DNA from: an uncultured virus (IMG/VR IMGVR_UViG_3300034106_003629)
Taxonomy: Duplodnaviria; Heunggongvirae; Uroviricota; Caudoviricetes
Virus record (IMG/VR): IMGVR_UViG_3300034106_003629
Length of the DNA stretch: 64,000 nucleotides
Direction: 5' to 3' (one strand)
The notes under the pieces were generated by a model. That model was given only the letters and a program-made list of their open reading frames with translations. It made no database searches and had not been told where the DNA came from. Position numbers and translations under genes: made by a program. Below, piece after piece: positions 56,541 to 64,000 of this stretch (the first letter of the stretch is position 1; each line of letters begins with the position of its first letter).

Positions 56541-57151
56541 CATTTTAATTTGGGACCATACATCCAAGTAACCAAAGATACTCTTCTTCCTCTTGTTACT
56601 GGAGTAACTCTATGAGGAATTCTTGAATCAAATACAATAACAGATCCTTTTTCTTTTGGTGCCTGTATAATATTGCCATGATAGTCTATGAATTCTAAGT
56701 CACCACCATCATATTCAGAAGGGTCACTAACTAAAACACTTGCACTAAGTTTTCTAGTCCACTTCCCATTTTTTGAAGTTCCATAATCACTATGCCAACC
56801 ATAGTGTCCATTTTCAAGATATACTGAGATTTGTATACTTTCAAGTAAATTCAAATCATATTCCCAATACTTTCTATTAGATAAACCAATATAATAAGAA
56901 ATTACACTACATGCCCAATGGTCTTCAAACCACCAATTGATTTTAGAATTTCTAATTTTTGGGTCTATCCGACCATTATCCTCACCACCAACACCAGCAT
57001 CTTCAAATGGAACTTTAAATTCTTCCATCTCTTTCAATTCTTTGACCATAAGATCTACCAAATCTTCTGGAAGAACTTCTCTATGATAAACTAATGGAGA
57101 ATCTGCAAGAACATGTGGTTCTTGACCGTTTATTTTAATACTTTTATCCAT
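56540..57151 (-). CDS. 2OG-Fe(II) oxygenase (PKHD-type)
   Basis: YGWHSD, RKLS, YDGGDLEF, FDS..PHRVTPVTRGRR.SLV.W. Confidence 0.92.
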   Translation of the reverse strand: MDKSIKINGQEPHVLADSPLVYHREVLPEDLVDLMVKELKEMEEFKVPFEDAGVGGEDNGRIDPKIRNSKINWWFEDHWACSVISYYIGLSNRKYWEYDLNLLESIQISVYLENGHYGWHSDYGTSKNGKWTRKLSASVLVSDPSEYDGGDLEFIDYHGNIIQAPKEKGSVIVFDSRIPHRVTPVTRGRRVSLVTWMYGPKLK

Positions 57152-57178
57152 GAATTAAAAGAACAAATATTGTCCAAG

Positions 57179-57253
57179 TCGGGGTGAAAGGATTTGAACC
57201 TTCGGCCCCTGCTTCCCAAAAGCAGTGCTCTATCCAAACTGAGCTACACCCCG
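57179..57253 (-). tRNA. tRNA-Pro (TGG)
   Basis: Cloverleaf; CTGCT-TTTGGGA-AGCAG; TTGACA-N17-TATAAT at 57272-57300. Confidence 0.95.
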
Positions 57254-57296
57254 TTGACTTGGTATGAGGATATTATACATCCTCATAATTTTGTTG

Positions 57297-57893
57297 TCAA
57301 GCGTTTAAGACTTCCTCTCTTATATATGAAGCAATCAATACCCCTCGACGAGTATCTGACTTATTATAAGCATAATGTTCTGATAATTTTTCATCAAATA
57401 AATTTAAGTCTCCATTTTTAAGAAGACGTTCTTCTCCATTAACAACCAATGCTGAAGGTCCATCGCTTGGAATATCTAAACTAAAATGATACTTTATTAC
57501 ACTTGAATGTAAAAAGTTATCATCAATTCTTTCATCTCCATCAGAATGGGGACTAATTTCAACTCCTGGTTCAAGAATAGAAAATACAGCAAGAACTGGT
57601 TTAATTGATTGACTAAGTAATATTCTTACTGTCTCAGACTGTTGTACTTGAAGAGGTGTCCTTAAAATTTGCTGTCTATTAAAAATTAATGGACACACTT
57701 TCCAGGGAAAATTTGGAGTGTATGTTGGAACAAACCCCAAAAAATTATTATCTAATGAAGTTAAATTGTATGTATGAGAATAATCTATAAAATAATTACA
57801 ATCCCTAAATTCAATATAATCACTTTTAATTTGAGAGTAATTAGATGTAAAAATAGAAGTTTGTATTTTACTCAATTTTGGTTCAATAAACAT
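57297..57893 (-). CDS. Asp/Asn beta-hydroxylase-like (LpxO-like) dioxygenase
   Basis: FSILEPG..ISPHSD, H..LDIP, FDE..EH.AYN, R.VLI. Confidence 0.8.
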   Translation of the reverse strand: MFIEPKLSKIQTSIFTSNYSQIKSDYIEFRDCNYFIDYSHTYNLTSLDNNFLGFVPTYTPNFPWKVCPLIFNRQQILRTPLQVQQSETVRILLSQSIKPVLAVFSILEPGVEISPHSDGDERIDDNFLHSSVIKYHFSLDIPSDGPSALVVNGEERLLKNGDLNLFDEKLSEHYAYNKSDTRRGVLIASYIREEVLNA

Positions 57894-57926
57894 TATTTAA
57901 TATAATAATTTTTATTATTTATGGGG

Positions 57927-58043
57927 TTATAACCCACTACCATTCCTAAACCCATACACGTATCCCACAATAAGACCACACATAAACACAATAAAAATCA
58001 AAACTTGTTTACCAAGAAACTCAATAAGTTCCTGCCATTCCAT
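57927..58043 (-). CDS. 38-aa membrane peptide
   Basis: MEWQELIEFLGKQVLIFIVFMCGLIVGYVYGFRNGSGL. Confidence 0.6.
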   Translation of the reverse strand: MEWQELIEFLGKQVLIFIVFMCGLIVGYVYGFRNGSGL

Positions 58044-58152
58044 AGTCATCATCGTCCTCATAAGTTGATGGTTCTTCAAACAACTCAGACATCTTTTGTT
58101 GTTTAACTAGTTCTTGCAATTCCTTTAAATCTTCTTCTGTAAGCGATATCAT
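58021..58152 (-). CDS. 43-aa acidic peptide
   Basis: MISLTEEDLKELQ...FEEPSTYEDDDD; ATGA-coupled. Confidence 0.6.
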   Translation of the reverse strand: MISLTEEDLKELQELVKQQKMSELFEEPSTYEDDDDYGMAGTY

Positions 58153-58328
58153 TTGTCCTTGAGTAATTCTTCTATTCTTTTACGCATATTTGTGCTATCT
58201 TGTTTCAAATAGTCCCGAAGAGAATATCCTCGGTGACCCTTCATAATACAAGTGCCCTGATAAAACATCGTGGCAGCAAATACTAACAGAAAAACTATTC
58301 CAATTATTTCAAGGTGATATTGAGCCAT
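58149..58328 (-). CDS. 59-aa membrane-anchored protein
   Basis: MAQYHLEIIGIVFLLVFAATMFYQG... Confidence 0.6.
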   Translation of the reverse strand: MAQYHLEIIGIVFLLVFAATMFYQGTCIMKGHRGYSLRDYLKQDSTNMRKRIEELLKDK

Positions 58329-58510
58329 GGTAGTAGAGGTGGTATTACTCCAATAAGTCGAAGAAGACCTTCAGCAAAAAGTGAAAGAACAACCCAACCA
58401 ACACACATTGAAATAACCGAAGCATTACGATTATGTCTTCGTATGGCATCATCAATCATCTCCTGACACTGCTTCTGTGTCACATAATGTTCTGAATTTA
58501 TTTTAGTCAT
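58304..58510 (-). CDS. Small membrane protein
   Basis: EMIDDAIRRHNRNA followed by TM helix. Confidence 0.65.
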   Translation of the reverse strand: MTKINSEHYVTQKQCQEMIDDAIRRHNRNASVISMCVGWVVLSLFAEGLLRLIGVIPPLLPWLNITLK

Positions 58511-58763
58511 TCTGTGGACCACGGAACTCGTCTTGCTCTAATTGGGTCAATCTCCTTTCCCATGTTATCCCACTTGTTGAACCTTTGCATGGATTTATGC
58601 AGGTTTCATCACCAAAGTTATTACATACAAGACCTGCAAGATCATGTGGGTCACCTTCTTTCCCAGTACCAGACCAATAATGCTGCCCATTCAACCAAAT
58701 GGCACCACACTTAGGACATTCCTTCCTATCAATAGACAGGTCGGACAGTTCTTTATTATTCAT
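58503..58763 (-). CDS. Small Cys-containing protein
   Basis: CPKC...LAGLVCN...CINPC. Confidence 0.7.
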   Translation of the reverse strand: MNNKELSDLSIDRKECPKCGAIWLNGQHYWSGTGKEGDPHDLAGLVCNNFGDETCINPCKGSTSGITWERRLTQLEQDEFRGPQND

Positions 58764-58995
58764 TAGGATAATCCTTTAGAAATTTTTCGTAGCTCTTTGT
58801 GTCTTTAATTAGCTGACGCTTTAATTTCCATCCTAAAACTTTCATTTGCATCCGAATAAAAAAGTGACGCAATTCAAGATCCAGATATGTAAAAACTCTC
58901 ATGGTCCCTTCAAGTCCTGCATAGGCAACCATAAGTCCAAGGATTATTATTGTTATATAAAATCCTAGTAAAGGAGTTGTTGTAGATGGGTCCAT
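58756..58995 (-). CDS. Small membrane protein
   Basis: N-terminal TM helix; TTGACA-N17-TACAAT upstream. Confidence 0.7.
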   Translation of the reverse strand: MDPSTTTPLLGFYITIIILGLMVAYAGLEGTMRVFTYLDLELRHFFIRMQMKVLGWKLKRQLIKDTKSYEKFLKDYPNE

Positions 58996-59111
58996 TAAGG
59001 CACAGTGCTACGTGTACTTACAAATTGTATATAGGTAATACAATAATGTCAACGTCTCATTAGTATCTCCTGATACTAAGTTTAATAACAATCAAAAGAA
59101 ATAGTTAAAAA

Positions 59112-59197
59112 CGGAAGCGGTAGGATTTGAACCCACGAACGCTGTTAACGTTGGTTGTTTTCAAGACAACTGCCATAAACCACTCGGCCACGCTTCC
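59112..59197 (-). tRNA. tRNA-Ser (TGA)
   Basis: Long variable arm; GTTGT-CTTGAAA-ACAAC. Confidence 0.95.
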
Positions 59198-59245
59198 AGT
59201 ATTTGATTTCTTATAGTATAATATATCTATATTATTTTGTCAAAC

Positions 59246-59845
59246 ATGAACATAGATGAATATCTTTTAAGTCTAGGATATGACGATAAAGAGACCTTAT
59301 ACGAACCTGGTAAGAAGTTATCTATAAAAATTCCATTTGATTTTAATGGTAAAAGAATTAATATCTGCCCATACATTGTTCCATATTATAGCAAAAAAAG
59401 TTACATAGCAGCAGAATATAATTACTCAGTTTACTACGACAATCCAGAAGTAACCAAACAAAAAATTCTAAATTTAATCAAATACATTAAATATCCAGAA
59501 CCAGGTAGAGTTGGTGATATTGGATGGGAAGCAGAATATCTTGTAGACCCCAGAGAATTTACTGCTGAAGAAAGAGCACGTATTGTTGTATCTAGTTTTA
59601 AAAAATTTAGAACCTTAATTTTAAAAGGTGAATGGTTGGACGGAATCAGAGCACAACCAGGTGATATTGTAGCATCTAAACCAATAGGAATTAAATTTGA
59701 TATGGGATTTAATGAAGAATCGGAAAAAGAAGGAACTCTCCAAAGAAGCATACTTTCAAAAAAAGTATTCAGGTTTGGAGAGTTAAAAGAAGATGGAATG
59801 CAATATTCAATTATTGGAGAAGATTTAGATATGCATCCTATCTAA
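59246..59845 (+). CDS. Hypothetical protein
   Basis: Long ORF with normal composition. Confidence 0.65.
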   Translation: MNIDEYLLSLGYDDKETLYEPGKKLSIKIPFDFNGKRINICPYIVPYYSKKSYIAAEYNYSVYYDNPEVTKQKILNLIKYIKYPEPGRVGDIGWEAEYLVDPREFTAEERARIVVSSFKKFRTLILKGEWLDGIRAQPGDIVASKPIGIKFDMGFNEESEKEGTLQRSILSKKVFRFGELKEDGMQYSIIGEDLDMHPI

Positions 59846-60089
59846 CTTCAAAGTCCAACTTACGGACTTTCCTTTGCCTTCTACTTTCTTGCCAAGAAAT
59901 ATCATCAGAAGATAAGACTCCAATATTTTTATTTGGGGTCTTAGTACTTTCAATAATAATGACTTGACTAAGGTCATTTGCAAAAATAGTATCATTCTTA
60001 ATAGATGTCATATTAGGACATCCACAAGAAATAGTTTTTGCAACATGAGCTTGCAGTTCTTTATTGCAAGATTTACAACGTATTAACAT
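59838..60089 (-). CDS. Small putative Zn-binding protein
   Basis: CKSC...CGC. Confidence 0.7.
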   Translation of the reverse strand: MLIRCKSCNKELQAHVAKTISCGCPNMTSIKNDTIFANDLSQVIIIESTKTPNKNIGVLSSDDISWQESRRQRKVRKLDFEVR

Positions 60090-60116
60090 TTTATCAAACC
60101 ATATATTAAATATGTA

Positions 60117-60188
60117 TGGGCGAAGAGGGGATCGAACCCCCGACCGACTGGGTGTAAACCAGTAGCTCTACCGCTGAGCTATTCGCCC
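60117..60188 (-). tRNA. tRNA-Val (TAC)
   Basis: Cloverleaf; CTGG-TTTACAC-CCAG. Confidence 0.93.
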
Positions 60189-60190
60189 TT

Positions 60191-60368
60191 AATGAGTAGT
60201 GAGTGCCCACCACTCGCGGAAGACACTTTCCGCAAAAGCTTCACTTTCGTGAAGAGTCAATAGACACGCTATTGACATGTTTTTTGTTACTGGCGGGGGT
60301 GATCAAGTCCCCGACCTAAGCGAACTTAGGATTTAGTAAGGAAGACCCAGACATTTCTAGACCTTCCA
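60191..60368 (-). ncRNA. Unassigned multi-hairpin RNA candidate between tRNA-Asn and tRNA-Val
   Basis: Seven hairpins including UUCG and GAAA tetraloops (see findings). Confidence 0.65.
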
Positions 60369-60369
60369 A

Positions 60370-60441
60370 CTGCCCAGCCTGGGATCGAACCAGGGACCAA
60401 TCGATTAACAGTCGATAGCTCTACCGCTGAGCTACTAGGCA
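60370..60441 (-). tRNA. tRNA-Asn (GTT)
   Basis: Cloverleaf; ATCGA-CTGTTAA-TCGAT; TTGACA-N17-TAACAT upstream. Confidence 0.95.
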
Positions 60442-60512
60442 TTATATTTTTTTATTTAATCACCTATAAATGTTATCACACTTATTTTAAATTGTCAAGT
60501 AGGTTTTTTTAT

Positions 60513-61160
60513 TTAGAGTAAATCATCAATCTTAACTTTTTGATCAAAGCATAAACAATACCTTGGGGTTGACAAAGTATTATAAACCATATGAGTAGTA
60601 TTTCCCCAAAAAAACATAAATTTATTATTTTCAAAATATTCACTAAATACTCCCTTTTGAGTATTCAATGCCAAAAATGCATACTCATCTTTAGATGATT
60701 GAACGTCTAATCCCCACAAACCCCTAATAGTGATGTAATCATCATCAGAAGGATCATTATCTACATGCCAGTCAATTGCTTTACCTGGATAAACAACACT
60801 AATACCAACCCTTTGTCTTAAACCAGACTGATAAGAAACATTAGTTAAAGTTGGTAGATATTCTGCATTATCGCTGTAAATAATATCTCTTTCATAATCT
60901 ATATGAGCCTTGGTTTTGTAAACATGCTCATAGTAATGTCTATTCTGTTCAATATAATTATTATATTCAAGATATAATGCAGCAACTTGCCACCCATCAT
61001 ATGGGTTTGATTTTACAGACGTGTAATAATTATTACCTGCCCAATTTGTCCAAATAAGTTTATCCTTATTTTGATTAAACTCTTCAACAATTGATTGATA
61101 ATTGTCAGAGAGGAGTTTAAGTTCAGGATTTATTTCTTCTAAAGAATAAAATCTTCCCAT
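60513..61160 (-). CDS. Asp/Asn beta-hydroxylase-like dioxygenase
   Basis: SVVYPG..IDWHVD, GLDV, HMVYN...RY.L.FD; paralog of 57297-57893. Confidence 0.7.
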   Translation of the reverse strand: MGRFYSLEEINPELKLLSDNYQSIVEEFNQNKDKLIWTNWAGNNYYTSVKSNPYDGWQVAALYLEYNNYIEQNRHYYEHVYKTKAHIDYERDIIYSDNAEYLPTLTNVSYQSGLRQRVGISVVYPGKAIDWHVDNDPSDDDYITIRGLWGLDVQSSKDEYAFLALNTQKGVFSEYFENNKFMFFWGNTTHMVYNTLSTPRYCLCFDQKVKIDDLL

Positions 61161-61221
61161 AATAGTATGAAATATCAGTAATGGATCTGGTGATATATGT
61201 AACATACTCAATTATTAGTTA

Positions 61222-61294
61222 TGGAGAATAGCGGACTCGAACCGCTGACATCCTGCTTGCAAAGCAGGCGCTCTACCAACTGAGCTAATTCCCC
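61222..61294 (-). tRNA. tRNA-Ala (TGC)
   Basis: Cloverleaf; G3:U70; CCTGC-TTTGCAA-GCAGG. Confidence 0.96.
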
Positions 61295-61371
<77 letters not shown>

Positions 61372-61410
61372 ATAAGACAATTATACCAGTGATGGATTTA
61401 ATTGTCAAGG

Positions 61411-61492
61411 TGGGCAGGGAGGGATTTGAACCCCCGTAGGCAGAGCCAGCGGATTTACAGTCCGCCTCCATTAACCACTCGGACACCTACCC
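61411..61492 (-). tRNA. tRNA-Tyr (GTA)
   Basis: Long variable arm; GCGGA-CTGTAAA-TCCGC. Confidence 0.96.
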
Positions 61493-61580
61493 ATGTGGAC
61501 ACTGACCTGATGGTTACTCTTTCTGCGGAGGGAGGCGTCAGTTTTTTATATCCAAGCAAGCACCTTGCTGGAGTCCATGT
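61493..61580 (-). ncRNA. Unassigned structured RNA candidate 5' of tRNA-Tyr
   Basis: Three-stem fold; TTGACG-N17-TATCAT promoter immediately upstream. Confidence 0.45.
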
Positions 61581-61590
61581 GGTAATGATA

Positions 61591-61992
61591 TCACTGTTTG
61601 GGGCAGTCGTCAACCCAGGGAGCACACAATCTCATTTCACCTCCAAGAACTGATTGGGCATAAGACCCATCTGGTGGTTTCTCTGAGTATCGTGGTTTAG
61701 GCATTCTAACCTTTCCATCGTCCCCTGTCAAGCGTTCATACTCTGCAATTGCTGCATCAACATCACGCTTAATTCTTCTTTCAAGTTTCTTATCATCCTT
61801 AATCACAAACTCATTAAGTATTGTGCCTGGAAAATATTTTCTTTGAATTTCGTCCAGTAAGTCCCAAAGACCAGTCTCAGAAACTCCTGTGCATTGTGAA
61901 AGTGCTGCAATAATAGAAGATAATACTATACCGATTATTGCGTATTGTTTTATGTCTGGTTTTTTCTTACCAAGATTAAAATTAACCCTCAT
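61591..61992 (-). CDS. Membrane-anchored hypothetical protein
   Basis: TM helix followed by coiled region. Confidence 0.7.
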   Translation of the reverse strand: MRVNFNLGKKKPDIKQYAIIGIVLSSIIAALSQCTGVSETGLWDLLDEIQRKYFPGTILNEFVIKDDKKLERRIKRDVDAAIAEYERLTGDDGKVRMPKPRYSEKPPDGSYAQSVLGGEMRLCAPWVDDCPKQ

Positions 61993-62167
61993 TACATTCA
62001 AGATATTTTTGTATCACTTCATTATTTTTCTTTTGAACTTTCAAAAGTTCATCATAATCCATACCCAAGTAAGAGGCAAAACCTTTTAGATCTTCATGCC
62101 CAAAAGTATTTAAATTGGAAGTTATAGATTTGTCTTGTGTCATAACTTTTATTTAAATTAAATTACT

Positions 62168-62194
62168 AAAAAAGGGAGTTCTGTAGAACTCCCC
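62168..62194 (-). terminator. Terminator
   Basis: GGGAGTTCT-AC-AGAACTCCC-T5. Confidence 0.8.
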
Positions 62195-62211
62195 AATATT
62201 TATTCAGTTTG

Positions 62212-62859
62212 TTAAACTTCTACCGTGATCAGTTTAGAAGCATAATCATGAGCATACGAAGTGCGAGCACCATGATGCCCCCAACCAATCCAACTATACG
62301 CATAGTCCATGTAACGATTGATGGACTTACCAGGAGTTTTCATCCTGTCCTCAATTCGTTGCCATTGAACCTCAGTCGTTAGATAACGAAGTTGCGTGTG
62401 AAGTGCTGATGGAGAACCACCATACCTCTTAGCAAAATCACCCAATCCATAATAACGATCGGCAGATGTCCATTGAATCAGTCCGTAACCGCGTCCGCAG
62501 TTACTCCAACTGGTTCTACTACCACCTTCGCAAATGTTAGGAATAAAAGTTGATTCCTGACGAATATTGCCCATGATGGTAGCAAGGGCGTTTCTGTCTT
62601 TAATACCACGCTCCTGGAAAAATACCAGGGTAGCATTCTCATGTTCATTACACCCTTTACAAATAAGCCTTTTCTCTTTTGGCTTTGGTAGTGCAACCTC
62701 GCGGATTGCTGTCTTCTTTTCATCTACAAGATTCATTTTAATTGTCTCTTCCACTGGAGGTGGGGGACCTTGCATCTTGTAGTTGACGAATGGCAGTGAT
62801 GCCGTACTGGTTGTAACCGATGCCAGAAGGGGCAGGGCTACTGTAAAGAAATTTTGCAT
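62212..62859 (-). CDS. Secreted phage-tail-lysozyme-like muralytic enzyme
   Basis: Signal peptide; ATIMGNIRQES; GYGLIQWT. Confidence 0.8.
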   Translation of the reverse strand: MQNFFTVALPLLASVTTSTASLPFVNYKMQGPPPPVEETIKMNLVDEKKTAIREVALPKPKEKRLICKGCNEHENATLVFFQERGIKDRNALATIMGNIRQESTFIPNICEGGSRTSWSNCGRGYGLIQWTSADRYYGLGDFAKRYGGSPSALHTQLRYLTTEVQWQRIEDRMKTPGKSINRYMDYAYSWIGWGHHGARTSYAHDYASKLITVEV

Positions 62860-63077
62860 TTAAATTGATAGAACTCTACATCCGTATAGAAAGGGGGTAC
62901 ACCCTCTTTTCAAAGGGCACTTTCCACGGCTCTAAATGTCACTTCAAGGACTCATTATGACAAAACCCACCTTTTGAGTGGGTTCCCTGCATAATAAGTT
63001 ATTATTTAGATTTTGTCAAGAATTCAATTTAAAACAAATACCACCTAAATAACAGTAGTGTTTACTACTTAAGAAAA

Positions 63078-63539
63078 ATGAAAAGACTTCTTCTAGTTTT
63101 TTCGTTATTCTTCATTACTCCTGCAAGTGCTGCTGAAATTACATCAAGAATTACTGATTCTGTTCAACTAAATGTTCAGGGTGCTGCGGTACAATCAACT
63201 CGAATTGGAGCATCTTATTCTGCTTCAGGTACAAATATTCAATCAACCTCCTTTGGTGGAGTGAATGGTGCTGGAACTTATGATATCAATACAGCAGGTC
63301 AAGCATTCAGTTTCTCAGAATCTTTCAATGCTGCTGATACGCCAGTCACCACTCAGTCGGTCAGTGGTGGAGTTATTGCTTCTCCCAACCTTTATGGGGA
63401 TTCTGTTACTCAGTTAGCAGGAGACAAAGGTTCTCTCGCTGGTACATTATCACCTACTGGTGTTCCTACAGTCACTGCTGGTGGTCCTGGAACCACCGCA
63501 ACTGCACAACGTAGTATTGAGTTAAGCGTATTCAAATGA
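63078..63539 (+). CDS. Secreted/periplasmic hypothetical protein
   Basis: Signal peptide (ASA-A); AGQAFSFSES; CTAAATA late-type promoter upstream. Confidence 0.75.
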   Translation: MKRLLLVFSLFFITPASAAEITSRITDSVQLNVQGAAVQSTRIGASYSASGTNIQSTSFGGVNGAGTYDINTAGQAFSFSESFNAADTPVTTQSVSGGVIASPNLYGDSVTQLAGDKGSLAGTLSPTGVPTVTAGGPGTTATAQRSIELSVFK

Positions 63540-63901
63540 GACATCTAACTCCCGTCTTGCTTTTAGCAGCGGGAGTCATTTGTACTCCTGCTATGGCTAA
63601 TACTGTTGTGCCTAATTTTACTAGAGGTACAATCAACGCAACAACTGAATCAACTACAAAAGTTATAGAAACAATTCGCCAAGTTGAATATGCAACTGGC
63701 ACATCTTATACTGTGACTGGAACTAATATTAACATTCCTGGCACTCCTCAACAAGGAGCAAACTACAGTATTATGAATCAAGGTGCTCCCTTCCAGTTTA
63801 GTGAGACTTATCTCGGTCCTGGAGTGGCAAAGGAAACATGGATAGATCGCACCACAGAAACCCAATCAACAACTACATCAATATCAGTCTTTACGCAGTA
63901 G
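63536..63901 (+). CDS. Secreted hypothetical protein
   Basis: Signal peptide (AMA); VVPNFT.G; GAPFQFSET. Confidence 0.75.
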   Translation: MRHLTPVLLLAAGVICTPAMANTVVPNFTRGTINATTESTTKVIETIRQVEYATGTSYTVTGTNINIPGTPQQGANYSIMNQGAPFQFSETYLGPGVAKETWIDRTTETQSTTTSISVFTQ

Positions 63902-64000
63902 CAACCATTTTAGTATTAACACTTGCAGGTTCTACCAGAAGTAAAGCACAACAAGCACCTTCTAATACAAATATTGCAGGACCTTCAGCATCTGCTACTG
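63838..64000 (+). CDS. Secreted hypothetical protein, partial (runs off window; start uncertain)
   Basis: Open frame with hydrophobic signal-like segment then QQAPSNTNIAGPSASAT. Confidence 0.55.
   Translation, partial: MDRSHHRNPINNYINISLYAVATILVLTLAGSTRSKAQQAPSNTNIAGPSASAT

Noticed and set aside
60191..60368. tmRNA, RNase P, SRP or CRISPR array
   Set aside because: No tRNA-like acceptor/T-arm, tag ORF, P4 or SRP consensus; the hairpins are not sequence repeats
61493..61580. Hammerhead ribozyme (CTGATG on + strand)
   Set aside because: Core reads CUGAUGG and there is no suitably placed GAAA
62860..62990. c-di-AMP riboswitch upstream of the cell-wall hydrolase
   Set aside because: Lacks the GCUGAAUC and CAGCUAAC core elements

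Overview
A 64-kb segment of a large T4-like cyanomyophage genome (AT-rich, densely packed, mostly minus strand). It was identified from thyX, psbA, psbD, hli x2, petF, ptox, talC, zwf, gnd and speD, T4-type late promoters (TATAAATA) and many consensus sigma70 promoters. From left to right: (1) thyX, then a nitrogen-regulated mini-operon (NtcA box, two glutamine-riboswitch-like aptamers, DUF4278 peptide); (2) a 6-17 kb island with three carbamoyltransferase genes, a near-complete ADP-heptose pathway, a GT9-like transferase and a divergent bilin reductase; (3) a 17-32 kb tail-fibre/structural module with three Cys-rich paralogs; (4) a photosynthesis/pentose-phosphate AMG block with a host-type porin; (5) a GDP-fucose + GT11 + GT6 (ABO-blood-group-like) glycan operon; (6) eight tRNAs interleaved with 2OG-Fe(II) oxygenase-like genes, a manA-like RNA and three unassigned, strongly structured intergenic RNA candidates. 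All calls come from reading motifs by eye; no database search or folding software was run.
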